Of a stretch of DNA of 64,000 nt, positions 38,591 to 50,177 are shown one piece after another (position 1 is the first letter of the stretch; every line of letters starts with the position of its first letter). Position numbers and translations under genes: made by a program. Under the pieces are notes generated by a model, which had not been told where the DNA came from, ran no database searches, and saw only the letters and a list, made by a program, of their open reading frames with translations. Source of the stretch: an uncultured bacterium (GTDB lineage Bacteria > Patescibacteriota > Minisyncoccia > Phycocordibacterales > PALSA-1337); NCBI GenBank assembly GCA_903872035.1, contig CAIQIZ010000022.1, positions 5,156 through 69,155 of the forward strand, written 5' to 3'.

Positions 38591-40510
38591 ATGTCCAAAA
38601 TCATCGGAATCGACCTCGGAACGACTTTCTCGGCAGTAGCCGTCATGGAAGCCGGAACGCCGAGAGTCCTAGAAAACGCGGAGGGGGCACGCACAACGCC
38701 TTCGATTGTCGCCCAATCTAAAACAGGCGAAAGGCTCGTCGGATTGCTTGCAAAGAGGCAGGCTGTGACTAATCCCAAGAACACCATATTCCAAATTAAG
38801 CGCTTCATGGGCCATAACTTCGACGATCCAGGCGTACAGAACGATATCAAGAACGTCTCATTCGAAGTCAGAAAATCTTCGACCGGCGGCATTGAAGTTA
38901 ACTTATCCGGCAAATGGATGAGACCTGAAGAGGTCTCGGCTATGATCCTGCAGAAACTGAAGAATGACGCTGAAACGAGACTTGGTGAAAAGATTACCGA
39001 AGCGGTCATTACTGTTCCGGCTTACTTCAACGACTCCCAGAGAGCCGCTACTAGAGATGCTGGTAAGATCGCTGGCCTCGATGTAAAGAGGATCATCAAT
39101 GAACCGACAGCCGCGGCCTTGGCTTATGGCTTCAACAAGAAGAAGGACGAGAAGATCGCCGTATTCGACTTCGGTGGCGGAACATTCGATATATCAGTGC
39201 TAGATGTTGGCGGAGATACGATCGAAGTGAAGTCTACTGATGGCGACTCCCATCTCGGAGGTCGCGATATTGATGCCAAGATAGTGAATTGGCTTGCAGA
39301 TACGTTCAAGAAAGAGAACGGCATTGATCTAAAGACTGATGCATTGGCTTTACAGCGTCTCGATGAGGCGGCAGAAAAGGCCAAGATAGAGCTTTCAACA
39401 TCTATGCAGACGGATATAAATATCCCATTCATCACTTCAGGTTCAGATGGACCGAAGCATCTTATGGTCACATTCACTCGCGCAAAGCTAGAGGAAATGT
39501 GCGCTGAATTCATAGATAGAGCCATGATGATCACCAAGCGCGCTATAGATGCTTCGCCATTCAAGGTCGGCGAGATCAATGAAGTAGTCCTAGTTGGCGG
39601 TCAGACACGTATGCCGGCCATGCAAAGCGCGGTCAAGAAGTTCTTCGGTAGGGATCCTCACATGGGAGTCAATCCTGACGAAGTGGTTGCGGTGGGCGCC
39701 GCTATTCAAGGCGGAATATTAGGCGGTGAAGTTCGAGACGTATTGCTTCTCGATGTCATTCCGCTTTCACTCGGTATCGAAACATTGGGCGGTGTTGCGA
39801 CGAAACTGATAGACAAGAATACGACCGTTCCTACCCAACGTTCTCAAGTGTTCTCAACGGCGGCTGACAATCAGACATCCGTGGAAATCCACATCACTCA
39901 AGGCGAGCGAGCTATGTCATCTGACAACAAGTCCCTAGGCCGCTTCATTCTCGACGGTATTCCACCGGCTCCTCGCGGTATGCCGCAGGTCGAAGTCACA
40001 TTCGATGTCGATGCTAACGGCATATTGAATGTCACAGCAAAGGATAAGGCTTCCGGCAAGGCTAACTCCATAAAGATCACTGCTTCTTCGGGTCTATCCA
40101 AAGAAGAAGTTGAGAAGATGAAGCAGGAAGCGGCCAAGCATGAAGCTGAAGATAAGACCAAGCATGAGGCTGTAGAAGCTAAGAATATTTCTGAACAATT
40201 GATCTACACCGCTGAAAAGGCTTTGAAAGATGCCGGAGACAAAGTTCCTGCCGATATCAGGAAGGGTATTGAAGACAAGATAGCCGACTTGAAGACGGCC
40301 AAGAATGGGAGCGACCTTACGCTCATAAAGAAAGTAACGGAGGCTTTGTCGACCGAAATTCAGAAGATTGGGCAGTACATGAATAAGGAGCAAGGAGGAG
40401 GGAGTAAGGAGCAGGGAGGCTCGAATTCTGGAGGTCAAAACGGGGACAAAGGCGCCGGTGGAGACTCAGGTGGAAATGTGAAGGATGCGGAGTTTAAGGA
40501 AAAAAAGTAG
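38591..40510 (+). CDS. dnaK: Chaperone DnaK
   Basis: [24 protein letters not shown]. Confidence 0.98.
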   Translation: MSKIIGIDLGTTFSAVAVMEAGTPRVLENAEGARTTPSIVAQSKTGERLVGLLAKRQAVTNPKNTIFQIKRFMGHNFDDPGVQNDIKNVSFEVRKSSTGGIEVNLSGKWMRPEEVSAMILQKLKNDAETRLGEKITEAVITVPAYFNDSQRAATRDAGKIAGLDVKRIINEPTAAALAYGFNKKKDEKIAVFDFGGGTFDISVLDVGGDTIEVKSTDGDSHLGGRDIDAKIVNWLADTFKKENGIDLKTDALALQRLDEAAEKAKIELSTSMQTDINIPFITSGSDGPKHLMVTFTRAKLEEMCAEFIDRAMMITKRAIDASPFKVGEINEVVLVGGQTRMPAMQSAVKKFFGRDPHMGVNPDEVVAVGAAIQGGILGGEVRDVLLLDVIPLSLGIETLGGVATKLIDKNTTVPTQRSQVFSTAADNQTSVEIHITQGERAMSSDNKSLGRFILDGIPPAPRGMPQVEVTFDVDANGILNVTAKDKASGKANSIKITASSGLSKEEVEKMKQEAAKHEAEDKTKHEAVEAKNISEQLIYTAEKALKDAGDKVPADIRKGIEDKIADLKTAKNGSDLTLIKKVTEALSTEIQKIGQYMNKEQGGGSKEQGGSNSGGQNGDKGAGGDSGGNVKDAEFKEKK

Positions 40511-40614
40511 CTACTACACTCAACTGTAGTGCTTGAAAATTAAAAGGCCGGCCACGCCCGCGAAGGGTGGTCGGCTTGGGGGGTACTGTGATTACTAGAT
40601 CTAATTATAAAACC

Positions 40615-40905
40615 ATGAACCCAAACCAAATAAATCTGGCCACCATGGCCAAACACTTCTGCCAAGGAGTGGTGATCGCCAATACCAATGACGCCTTCTA
40701 TGCCGTCATGGATACTGGCGATACGAAGATCGCATACGTATTCACGCCAGAGCATATGAAGCAGCTCTATCAATCGATTGGTTATAATCTGGCAGAATTT
40801 GAAAAGAAGTCGCGAAAGATAGAAGCGAATTGGTCACCAGGAATACAGAGTCCGATTCAGCAGCCGGACCTAAAAGATCCGGATGATAAAGGAAAGAAGA
40901 AATAA
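40615..40905 (+). CDS. Hypothetical protein (DUF3467-like)
   Basis: FTPEHMKQL...FEKK...I pattern. Confidence 0.5.
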   Translation: MNPNQINLATMAKHFCQGVVIANTNDAFYAVMDTGDTKIAYVFTPEHMKQLYQSIGYNLAEFEKKSRKIEANWSPGIQSPIQQPDLKDPDDKGKKK

Positions 40906-40910
40906 ATCAC

Positions 40911-42014
40911 ATGAAAGACTATTACAAAATACTTGGGATAGAAAAGACCGCCTCCAAAGACGAGATCAAGAAGGCTTTCCACAAGCAGGCGCATCAAAAC
41001 CACCCCGATAAGACCAAAAATGACCCCGCCGCAGCTCAGAAGTTCAAAGAAGCTAGCGAGGCCTATTCGGTGCTATCTGATGAGCAGAAACGCAAGCAAT
41101 ACGATATGTTCGGTTCAGGTGGACCTGGCGGAGGTGGCTTTAACGGCGGAGGCCAAGGCGGATTCAATCCGCAGGACTTCGGGGGATTCGACTTTTCCGG
41201 ATTCCAGCAAGGAAATGGGGGTGTCGAATTCGACTTAGGCGACATATTCGGAGATTTCTTTGGCGGAGGCCGTTCCAGACAGGCTAGACAAAACCGCGGC
41301 CATGACATTTCTATCGATATTCAAATCACCTTTGCTGAATCGGTCTTTGGAGTCGAACGCGACATTATTCTGACAAAGAATTCCAAGTGTTCGACCTGTG
41401 ACGGTACTGGCGGTGCTCCGGGTTCCAGTATGGATAATTGCAAGACATGTAATGGCAAAGGAAAGATAAATGAAACACGACGTTCATTCATAGGTGTCTT
41501 TAACACGACTCGGGTCTGTGAAGCGTGTCACGGGCGCGGTCAAGTCCCGAAGAATCCTTGTCCGACCTGTCACGGTTTAGGCGTTTCCGAGCGCCAGCAA
41601 GAGATCACGGCCAAGATTCCCGGTGGGATCGATGATGGTGAGATGATCAGACTGAGCGCCATGGGTGAAGCGGTTCCGGGAGGCGTTTCTGGTGATCTAT
41701 ACATCAAGATACATGTCCAGTCTGATCCGCATTTCAAAAAGGAAGGCCAGAATATTGTAACCAATCTTACGATCAAGCTGACGACCGCTCTTATTGGAGG
41801 TGAAATTCCTCTAAAAACTCTCGACGGTGATTTGTCTTTAGTGATTCCTGAGGGAACAAATACGGGGGATGTTCTGCGTGTCAAAGGCAAAGGCGTAGTA
41901 AGCGAACGTGGTAGACGTGGCGACTTTCTGATCAAGATCACCGTCGACATGTCAAAAAAACTTAGCAGAGATGCAAAGAAGCTAATCGATGGCCTGAAGG
42001 CCGAGGGGATATAA
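40911..42014 (+). CDS. dnaJ: Chaperone DnaJ
   Basis: J domain HPD, G/F-rich region and four CxxCxGxG repeats. Confidence 0.97.
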   Translation: MKDYYKILGIEKTASKDEIKKAFHKQAHQNHPDKTKNDPAAAQKFKEASEAYSVLSDEQKRKQYDMFGSGGPGGGGFNGGGQGGFNPQDFGGFDFSGFQQGNGGVEFDLGDIFGDFFGGGRSRQARQNRGHDISIDIQITFAESVFGVERDIILTKNSKCSTCDGTGGAPGSSMDNCKTCNGKGKINETRRSFIGVFNTTRVCEACHGRGQVPKNPCPTCHGLGVSERQQEITAKIPGGIDDGEMIRLSAMGEAVPGGVSGDLYIKIHVQSDPHFKKEGQNIVTNLTIKLTTALIGGEIPLKTLDGDLSLVIPEGTNTGDVLRVKGKGVVSERGRRGDFLIKITVDMSKKLSRDAKKLIDGLKAEGI

Positions 42015-42081
42015 GTAACAAAAAAGGGTGCGATAGTGCACCCGTGGTTACGTGGAAGTCTGATCGCAAAGAGTTATCACT

Positions 42082-42324
42082 TCAGCTAAAGTTGAGGCCG
42101 ACGAGAGCAAGCTGCCTATCGGGCTGGATTTTCTGGGAGATACGATACTCCTCCAAAACCCCCTTGTTCACTGAATCTATCTCGAGTTGCAGGTCCATCG
42201 AGCACCGGTTATCGGCAACATACGGAGCACCGAATGACCATTTAGTGTCCGCTTCCTGTGCGACGACCTCCAGTCCAAAATTCCGGAGTTTTTGCAAAAC
42301 CGCCAGCTGTTGTTGTGTTCTCAT
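42082..42324 (-). CDS. Small hypothetical protein
   Basis: ORF convergent on dnaJ with a - strand terminator at ~42020-42044. Confidence 0.4.
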   Translation of the reverse strand: MRTQQQLAVLQKLRNFGLEVVAQEADTKWSFGAPYVADNRCSMDLQLEIDSVNKGVLEEYRISQKIQPDRQLALVGLNFS

Positions 42325-42425
42325 GATTCAATAAATGCTAACCATCTGGTTCGATATTACTATAATTTACCCTTAATTACGAGCTGTATTTGCAACCATT
42401 CAGCTCTTCCTGTAGTATCAAAAAT

Positions 42426-43991
42426 ATGTCCATATTTTCATCTTTGCGCAAACATGCAGTAATTTCAACGGTCGTCGTATTGGCGGCTATTATTATAGCT
42501 ATTATCGCTGGCCGAGCAGCAACGAAAAAGGCTCCGGCTGCCAATAATGACGATGTTAAACAAGTAGAGCTGATTAATGCTACGACATTCAGACAGGGAA
42601 GTCTCGCTGTGTCAGCTAACGGCATAGTCGAGTCTCATTCTCAAGTCGATCTGAAAAGCCAGACATCGGCACCTATTTCAACGATAGATGTATCCATTGG
42701 TCAGACGGTTAACCCGGGTGAAGTCATCATGGAGCTACAAAATAGCGACATACGCGCACAGTTGGCACAGGCAGAAGCCTCACTGGCAGCAGTGCAAGGT
42801 CAATATCAGACGGGTGCATTTTCCGTGGATTCTGCCAAGCAAGGTGCTATAGATAAGCTCCGTGATGCCTACAACAAGACATATAACGCGGTTGTCACAA
42901 AGGCAGAGGTCGTCCTCTATAACAACGATGGAAATGGCGGAAGGTTGACTACATTCTCGCCCGATACGGCGCTTAATTCTGAGATGACCGCGACGGATAT
43001 CGATTTAAAGACGGGTTTACGTCAATGGAAATCAGCGAACGACGCATTGGATGCTGGCACGAGCACTGACGCGATCGAAACGGTTATAGGGATCGCGGAT
43101 ATGAATATGACACGAGCGGATACTTTATTGAATGATATGTCGAAGATTCTTAATAATCTGGCTGGATTCGCAACCCCCTCGTTCTCTGTCTCATTAAGCA
43201 ATTGGAATCAGATCGTATCTGGCGCTCACGATTCGGTCTCTGGTGCGGAACAAGCTTTGACAGCCGCAGAAATGGCTTTAAGTACCTCGAATTCATCGCA
43301 AAGTACAACAGCAAACGCTCAAGTTACAGCCGCTCAAGCCGGTGTGAATAATTTGCAAGCTCAGCTTGCTAAAACGATCATCAGATCACCGATCAGCGGC
43401 AGAGTCTCAGTATTGCCATTACGCGAAGGTGAATTAGCATCTCCTGGAACATTACTGGCGACGGTTATCGGCAATGACAGCGGATTGCGAGTGAAAGCCT
43501 ATGTAAGCGGAGATGACCTGTCACGAGTCACGCTAGGCTCGTCGGCCACGATTCAAAATCCTACGATGCCGACGAACGCTTCCAGCACCTCGAACGCTAT
43601 CAAAGGTGTGGTCTCAAATATTGCTCCCGGTGTCGATCCGACCACAAAGAAGGCTGAGGTTGATTTGGATGTCAGCAACTCCGATAAATCCGGCCTGGTG
43701 ATCGGAGATAATGTCACCGTGGCGATTTCCGTGCCAAGCGCTCCGCTTGCATCCGGCTCAAATCGCAACCAGCCGACCATATACCGTCTTCCGATCCAAG
43801 ATGTGAAGATCGTACCGGGAGCTGCTTACGTTTTTACGGTCGGAGCTGATTCGAAGATCGTAAGGAACGATGTCGTCATCGGCTCGATCCAAGGTGACTT
43901 TATTGAAGTCACAAGCGGTCTTTCCGATACTATGGATATAGTTTCACCGGTGTATGAGCTAGATCCTGGTCAACAAGTTAAAGTTCAGTGA
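42426..43991 (+). CDS. RND efflux periplasmic adaptor (HlyD/MFP family)
   Basis: N-terminal TM, lipoyl-like repeats, long coiled coil, IRSPISG. Confidence 0.88.
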   Translation: MSIFSSLRKHAVISTVVVLAAIIIAIIAGRAATKKAPAANNDDVKQVELINATTFRQGSLAVSANGIVESHSQVDLKSQTSAPISTIDVSIGQTVNPGEVIMELQNSDIRAQLAQAEASLAAVQGQYQTGAFSVDSAKQGAIDKLRDAYNKTYNAVVTKAEVVLYNNDGNGGRLTTFSPDTALNSEMTATDIDLKTGLRQWKSANDALDAGTSTDAIETVIGIADMNMTRADTLLNDMSKILNNLAGFATPSFSVSLSNWNQIVSGAHDSVSGAEQALTAAEMALSTSNSSQSTTANAQVTAAQAGVNNLQAQLAKTIIRSPISGRVSVLPLREGELASPGTLLATVIGNDSGLRVKAYVSGDDLSRVTLGSSATIQNPTMPTNASSTSNAIKGVVSNIAPGVDPTTKKAEVDLDVSNSDKSGLVIGDNVTVAISVPSAPLASGSNRNQPTIYRLPIQDVKIVPGAAYVFTVGADSKIVRNDVVIGSIQGDFIEVTSGLSDTMDIVSPVYELDPGQQVKVQ

Positions 43992-46900
43992 GCGCAAAAA
44001 ATATGAATAACAAAGAACATTCATCAGACAGCCAATACCTTGAGCGCCTGCAGTTTCGGCCGGAACTGAGAAAGACCTGGTTGAACTTTTTCGTAACTAA
44101 TTTTCGAGTGGTCATCCTCATGATTCTGATTATCACGGCTTGGGGATTGTATTCATTTTTTAGTCTGCCACGCGAATCAAATCCGGAAGTAAAAATACCC
44201 ATCGCCATCGTCACTACAGTCTATCCGGGAGCATCACCCAGCGACGTCGAGCAGTTCGTCACAAAGAAGATCGAAACCCAGCTATCTGGCCTTAAAGGCT
44301 TGAACAAGCTTACTTCCAATTCTTACAATTCGCTTTCGGCAATCACGGTAGAATTCAATGCCAGTGCTGACATTCAGAGCTCCATTCAATTGCTCCGCAA
44401 TGCCGTCGACACGGCCAAGCCGAATATCTCTACCGACGCCAAAGACCCGGTTGTAACGGAAGTATCTCTAGACGATATGCCGGTTTGGTCGATCTCTTTG
44501 ACTGGACCATATGATGCCTTTACCATGCGCAAGAATGCTGAGGACATGCAAACCGAGCTACAAAAGATACCTGGTGTCCGCCAAGTAGACATTTCCGGAG
44601 GCGATGAGAAGGAGTTCGAGGTCGCTTACAAGCCCGATCGGTTGCTCTTTTATGGCATTGATTCTGGTACGGCCAACAGTGCCATCACCGCTGCCAACGT
44701 AGCCATACCCGCCGGTAATTTCGAAACTGGGACCTTCGTAGTACCGATCCGTTCAGATGAAGCGTTGGACACCGTGTCGGAGATCGAGAACGTGCCGGTC
44801 TCACATACTGTTGGCGGCAGCCTGGTTCTCATCAAAGATATTGCTGTGGTCAGCGAGAAGGCCGTCAAAAAGACAACATATTCTAGACTTTCCATAGCCG
44901 GTTCAGTACCGAAGAATGCTGTCACGCTGTCCCTGATCAAGCGCCAAGGATCTTCGGTTCTTGACACTACAGATCAAGCCAAAGCGACCGTTGATACTAT
45001 GGTCAAAGCGCTATCTCCAGGAATCACTTACAGCATCGTCGGTGAGGATCTAGCAAAAGTCGTTCGGCACGATTTCACTCAACTGACTGACGATTTTCTC
45101 CTTACATTGCTGTTAGTCTTCGGAATTCTGTTCGCAATTGTGGGATTGAAGGAAGCCTTCGTAGCGGGCATAGCCATACCGCTGGTCTTCTTCGTAAGCT
45201 TCGGTTGCCTTTTATTGCTAGGCATCTCCCTCAACTTCCTGTCTCTCTTTTCATTGATTCTAGCGCTTGGACTACTCGTCGACGACGCTATCGTCGTCGT
45301 CTCTGCCACAAAGCAGTACCTGAATACAGGGAAGTTCACGCCTGAAGAAGCGGTGCTTTTGGTCTTGAATGATTTTAAATGGGTATTGACTACTACGACT
45401 CTTGCGACCGTCTGGGCCTTTTTGCCGCTACTATTCGCTACTGGGATCATCGGCCAATACTTGAAATCGATCCCGATCACAGTCTCAATAACCTTGGTAT
45501 CTTCCTTGCTCATCGCCCTTATGATCAACCATCCGTTGGCAGCAGTCTTAGAAAGAATTCGGCTGACTCGAAGATTCTTCTTCATTATCGAGGGGCTCTT
45601 GATAGCTATTGCGGCTTTGCTATTTTACAGCGGCGGACTGACCGCTATTATTTTTGGTATTGTTCTAATTGGAATCGAGGCATATCTCATCCTGTGGTAT
45701 GAGAAGGGTGGAAAGCAGGCTTTACAAGAAAACGTCGTCAAAATGGAAAACGAATGGGAGAGCGACGATCTCATTAAGACAAAGCTCCGTCAGCAAGGCG
45801 ATCGAGAAGGACATGAAAATTTTCGACAGCGGCTCATTCACGGAATAGTGAACTTCCACAGCTTTTTACCGATATATGAACGATCATTTAGACATTACAT
45901 CCTAGACAAGAAACGGCGCCGCTGGGTTTTGGGTAGTGTCATTGCTTTATTCATCGTCTCTGTTGCCCTCATACCTCTCGGTTTCGTTCAAAGCGTATTC
46001 TTCCCCGTACAAGACAGCGACTATGTCTATATCGACATGCGCGCACCGGTCGGAACAAATCTTACAGAGACAAGCCGTCGAGTGCAATCTGTTGAGACCA
46101 AACTTCTCGGATACAAAGACATCAATAATTTTTCGACAATAATCGGCCAGGCCAGCCCAAATTCAGGCTCATTCGGTTCTGGTGCTGGTTCTGCTTCAAA
46201 CCTCGCGTCCATCTCGATCATATTGAATGATGCTGGAGTCCGTAAGTTGAAATCGTACGATTTTGCCGACAAGCTCCGTGCCGATCTGGCCCGGTCAAAC
46301 GGCTTAGAAGTTAACGTCTCGACTTTGGCGGGTGGTCCACCATCAGGTTCGGCCTTCGAAGCTCATATTGCTGGCGATGACCTGGATAAGCTTTCATCCA
46401 TCGTCAACGACTTGAAGCCGATGCTCTCTTCTATTCCAGGAACCGTCAGTGTAAACGTATCCCAGAAGGAATCGGTACCAGAATATACATTCGAGCTCGA
46501 TCCGGCGGCAATGGAACAAAACAACCTGAATGCGGCTGTCGTCGGAATGGCATTGCGAACAGCTATTTCCGGCGTAGATGTTGTGAAGATCGTCGAAGGC
46601 GACAAGGAAATTCAGTTAGTCGCCACTTTCGATCAACATTCGCTGCCAGATTTAGCAGCTGTCCAAAATCTACAGATCTTAAATACTCACGGTCAGCCGG
46701 TATATCTGAAAGACGTTGCCAATATCCAATTGAAACCAGCCGTCGATGTCATTACCAGAATTGATCAGAAACGTACGATCATATTGTCAGCCGGCACTGA
46801 TTCGAGCACCAATGGCCAATCAGTATTGGCTGCCTTCCAAAAGAAACTGGTGAGCTACAACATGCCAGCTGGATACTCGATCACTTATGGTGGTGAGAAT

Positions 46901-47410
46901 CAACAAAACTCTGAATCAGTCGCCTCAGTATTGCGTGCTATGCTAATCGCTCTAGTTCTCATCGTTGCTACTCTTATCATTCAATTCAATTCATTTAGAA
47001 AAGCTCTGATCGTTCTGGTTCCAATTCCGTTGGCTTTGATTGGCGTATTCATTGGAATGGCGGTCTTCAATGTGCCGCTAAGCTTCCCGGGTTTGATAGG
47101 AATCCTGGCATTATTCGGAATCGTCGTGAAGAACGCCATCATTCTCGTAGACAAAATAAATCTGAATATTAAAAGCGGCATAAAATTCGAGGACGCTATC
47201 GCTGACGCAGGGAAGTCCCGATTGGAAGCAATCTTCATCACCTCGATCTGCACGATCTTCGGCATTCTTCCGGTCACACTTTCAAATGAATTATGGCGAT
47301 CTCTGGGTGGCGCTGTTATTTTCGGACTGACATTGTCTTCATTCCTGACGCTTTACATAGTCCCGGCGTTCTTTTTGCTGTTAGTGAAAGATGAGAAGCA
47401 ACATTTCTAA
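43988..47410 (+). CDS. RND efflux permease (AcrB/AcrD/AcrF family)
   Basis: LGLLVDDAIVV, GIVVKNAIILVD, SRLEAIFITS. Confidence 0.95.
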   Translation: MSAKNMNNKEHSSDSQYLERLQFRPELRKTWLNFFVTNFRVVILMILIITAWGLYSFFSLPRESNPEVKIPIAIVTTVYPGASPSDVEQFVTKKIETQLSGLKGLNKLTSNSYNSLSAITVEFNASADIQSSIQLLRNAVDTAKPNISTDAKDPVVTEVSLDDMPVWSISLTGPYDAFTMRKNAEDMQTELQKIPGVRQVDISGGDEKEFEVAYKPDRLLFYGIDSGTANSAITAANVAIPAGNFETGTFVVPIRSDEALDTVSEIENVPVSHTVGGSLVLIKDIAVVSEKAVKKTTYSRLSIAGSVPKNAVTLSLIKRQGSSVLDTTDQAKATVDTMVKALSPGITYSIVGEDLAKVVRHDFTQLTDDFLLTLLLVFGILFAIVGLKEAFVAGIAIPLVFFVSFGCLLLLGISLNFLSLFSLILALGLLVDDAIVVVSATKQYLNTGKFTPEEAVLLVLNDFKWVLTTTTLATVWAFLPLLFATGIIGQYLKSIPITVSITLVSSLLIALMINHPLAAVLERIRLTRRFFFIIEGLLIAIAALLFYSGGLTAIIFGIVLIGIEAYLILWYEKGGKQALQENVVKMENEWESDDLIKTKLRQQGDREGHENFRQRLIHGIVNFHSFLPIYERSFRHYILDKKRRRWVLGSVIALFIVSVALIPLGFVQSVFFPVQDSDYVYIDMRAPVGTNLTETSRRVQSVETKLLGYKDINNFSTIIGQASPNSGSFGSGAGSASNLASISIILNDAGVRKLKSYDFADKLRADLARSNGLEVNVSTLAGGPPSGSAFEAHIAGDDLDKLSSIVNDLKPMLSSIPGTVSVNVSQKESVPEYTFELDPAAMEQNNLNAAVVGMALRTAISGVDVVKIVEGDKEIQLVATFDQHSLPDLAAVQNLQILNTHGQPVYLKDVANIQLKPAVDVITRIDQKRTIILSAGTDSSTNGQSVLAAFQKKLVSYNMPAGYSITYGGENQQNSESVASVLRAMLIALVLIVATLIIQFNSFRKALIVLVPIPLALIGVFIGMAVFNVPLSFPGLIGILALFGIVVKNAIILVDKINLNIKSGIKFEDAIADAGKSRLEAIFITSICTIFGILPVTLSNELWRSLGGAVIFGLTLSSFLTLYIVPAFFLLLVKDEKQHF

Positions 47411-47470
47411 GTTAAGAAAAAGGCCACCCAAACCTGGGCGGCCGATTGGCAAGTTTCGTACTCACCGCAT

Positions 47471-48328
47471 CTAAAGAACAGTCGAACTTTGAAGATCGTC
47501 GATCAACGACCATGCTGCTGGCGAATGCTGTTTGAAGTCTGCCTCATCCTGATCATTCGGCGCTATACCCAAGATGTACCCAACAAAGCTCTCACAGATC
47601 TGTTCTGCCACAGCTCGAGTGAACTTTTCAGGATCCTTTTCCGCGACTTCGCGTGTCAACGAATCCAGATATGTTGCTGCATATCTAGTTGGGAAAAGCG
47701 GCCTATTCTCTGACAACAGGAGTTCCTCCCATCGGTTCCACCATTGCTCGAACGTGAACCTGGAGCTATTCCTGGCCAGACGGATGCTCTCTCGGAGCGC
47801 CCGCGATCGACGCTTGAATTCGATCGTGTGGAAAAATTCGTGCAGGAAGACGTGAAGTTGGTAAAGCCAACGTATGCGTGCATCCTCATGGATACAGACT
47901 GGCAGTGCCGATGGGTAGATGACATCACCGATCGACCTGCCGATCAATATCCTTCCGGAATGCTGTCCAGGCCTAGGAAAATCAGCTTCAGGAACAAAAT
48001 CCACATCTATCCATGATCCATCGGCCGAAAATATCGGTACCGGAACTGTCGAGGCGTGCTCGTAGTCGATAGTGCTGAGCAGTGAGAGATCTCTGAAAGG
48101 TTGGGGCAAGCGACCGACGATCTCCCTGATCTCCACGGGGTGGAGCTGTGTACCGCTGTGCTGCAAGATGCAGAGCCCAGGATACGAATATATTGGCAAG
48201 CGCATAGGCGGTCGATCCATAAGCTCACGAACCGCGGTTTCATATCGTTCACGATGGAGTGCAACGAATTGCAGTGCCGGACGAAGGTCGTAGTTACCCT
48301 TCTTCATTTCGATTTCATCTGCGTTCAT
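47471..48328 (-). CDS. Hypothetical protein with HEXXH motif
   Basis: FLHEFFH...TRYA...EQICESF, zincin-like. Confidence 0.6.
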   Translation of the reverse strand: MNADEIEMKKGNYDLRPALQFVALHRERYETAVRELMDRPPMRLPIYSYPGLCILQHSGTQLHPVEIREIVGRLPQPFRDLSLLSTIDYEHASTVPVPIFSADGSWIDVDFVPEADFPRPGQHSGRILIGRSIGDVIYPSALPVCIHEDARIRWLYQLHVFLHEFFHTIEFKRRSRALRESIRLARNSSRFTFEQWWNRWEELLLSENRPLFPTRYAATYLDSLTREVAEKDPEKFTRAVAEQICESFVGYILGIAPNDQDEADFKQHSPAAWSLIDDLQSSTVL

Positions 48329-48435
48329 AATGCATGTTCATGTATCAAGTTACAGTCGTCTATCTCTGATACTACAATTATATTACCGTTTGTCAATATA
48401 TGTAGAATATCTCTGTTTCTTGCTATCATTACCGA

Positions 48436-49413
48436 ATGAAAAAGAACCTATTATCCGGCGTAAAACCGACCGGCAGGCCGCATATCGGCAATTATTTCGG
48501 AGCCATGAAGCAATTCGTGGATCTTCAAGATGGTCGAGGCCAGGCCTCGGACAGTTACGACTGTCATTTATTCGTAGCCGATTATCACGCACTCAACCTG
48601 ATTCAAGACGCCGAACAAATGCGACAGCTTACTCTCGATTTAGTTCTTGATTATTTAGCAATTGGCCTTGATCCAAAGAAGTCGATCATATTCAAACAGT
48701 CAGATGTTCCGGCTCACACCGAATTGGCGTGGATTTTTGACACCATAGTGACTATGCCATACTTGATGAGAGCACATGCTTACAAAGACGCCGAAGCAAA
48801 GAATAAGGAGATCAATGTTGGCACGTTCAATTATCCGGTATTGATGGCAGCTGATATCCTGCTTTATGACACCGATGTTGTTCCTGTCGGCCAAGATCAG
48901 AAACAACATGTAGAGTACGCGCGTGATATCGCATTGAAATTTAATCACATCTTCAAGAGTGAGACTTTCAAATTGCCGGAGCCGATCATACTTGAATCGG
49001 TCGCAACAGTCCCTGGAATAGATGGCCGAAAGATGTCGAAGAGTTATAACAATACTATCCCTCTGTTTGCGACGCGTGAAGAGATCCAAAAAGCAGTCAT
49101 GGCGATAGTCACTGATTCGGGTGGTCCAGAAGCCGGCGGAGTTCCGACGAACGTCTTTGTCATGCACAAACTCTTCAAATCGGAGGCCGAATTGAAGCCG
49201 CTCTATGAAACAAATGCCGGCAAATATAAGATCTTGAAGGAAGCTCTTGTCGAGGATATCGATGCATTCATTAAGCCTCTTCGCGAGCGCCGTGAAAAGC
49301 TGGCCAGCGACGTGAAAAACGTTATAAAAGTCTTGGAAGATGGCGCGAATAATGCGAACATAAAGGCGAATGCCAAGCTGCTCGAGGCAAAGAAGGCAAT
49401 CGGTGTCATTTAG
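48436..49413 (+). CDS. trpS: Tryptophan--tRNA ligase
   Basis: PTGRPHIGNY, YPVLMAADIL, VPVGQDQ, KMSKS. Confidence 0.97.
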   Translation: MKKNLLSGVKPTGRPHIGNYFGAMKQFVDLQDGRGQASDSYDCHLFVADYHALNLIQDAEQMRQLTLDLVLDYLAIGLDPKKSIIFKQSDVPAHTELAWIFDTIVTMPYLMRAHAYKDAEAKNKEINVGTFNYPVLMAADILLYDTDVVPVGQDQKQHVEYARDIALKFNHIFKSETFKLPEPIILESVATVPGIDGRKMSKSYNNTIPLFATREEIQKAVMAIVTDSGGPEAGGVPTNVFVMHKLFKSEAELKPLYETNAGKYKILKEALVEDIDAFIKPLRERREKLASDVKNVIKVLEDGANNANIKANAKLLEAKKAIGVI

Positions 49414-49454
49414 GTCTGACCTAAAAGAGGCATTTTAGGTTAAACCTCGAACAA

Positions 49455-50177
49455 ATGCTATTCACTGTCAAAACCCAATCATTCGAAGGCCCGCTCGACC
49501 TGCTGCTCGATCTTATCGAGAAGCGGAAGTTGTTCATCAATGACATCTCTCTAGTCAAAGTCACGGACGACTTTATTGCACATGTAAGACAGTTCGAAAA
49601 TCTGCCCATGGCTGAATCAGCTCATTTTATTTTGGTTGCATCGACTTTGCTTTTGATCAAATCCAAATCGCTGCTTCCGGACTTGAATCTGACAGAAGAG
49701 GAACAGACTGATATCCACGATCTGGAAACCAGATTGAAGATCTATCAGAAGATCAAGGACGCCAGCAAGCATGTGCAAAATCTTTTTGGAGCCGAGATGA
49801 TCTTCAGTCAGTCTCAATCGCGTCATTTCGAGCCAGTATTCGCTCCTGATCCGGAATTCACTCTTGAAAGAGCATTGCTGTCTCTGAAGGACCTTATCAG
49901 TAGATTACCGAAGGTCGAGACTTTGCCCAAGCACATCGTTCAGAAGGTGATCAGTCTAGAAGATATGATCGGAAATCTGACGACGAGGATCACGACTCAA
50001 CTCCGGATGAGCTTCAAGCAATTCGCTTCAGAGCAAAAAGGGGAGCGCGTGAATGTCATTGTCAGCTTTCTAGCCATGCTGGAGTTGGTCAAAGATGGAG
50101 TGTTGATGGTCTCGCAAGAATCACAATTTGGCGATATTCAGATGGAGACGAAGGAAGTTGGAGTGCCGAGGTACTAG
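49455..50177 (+). CDS. scpA: Segregation and condensation protein A
   Basis: FEGPLDLLLDLI...FLAMLELVK. Confidence 0.93.
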   Translation: MLFTVKTQSFEGPLDLLLDLIEKRKLFINDISLVKVTDDFIAHVRQFENLPMAESAHFILVASTLLLIKSKSLLPDLNLTEEEQTDIHDLETRLKIYQKIKDASKHVQNLFGAEMIFSQSQSRHFEPVFAPDPEFTLERALLSLKDLISRLPKVETLPKHIVQKVISLEDMIGNLTTRITTQLRMSFKQFASEQKGERVNVIVSFLAMLELVKDGVLMVSQESQFGDIQMETKEVGVPRY

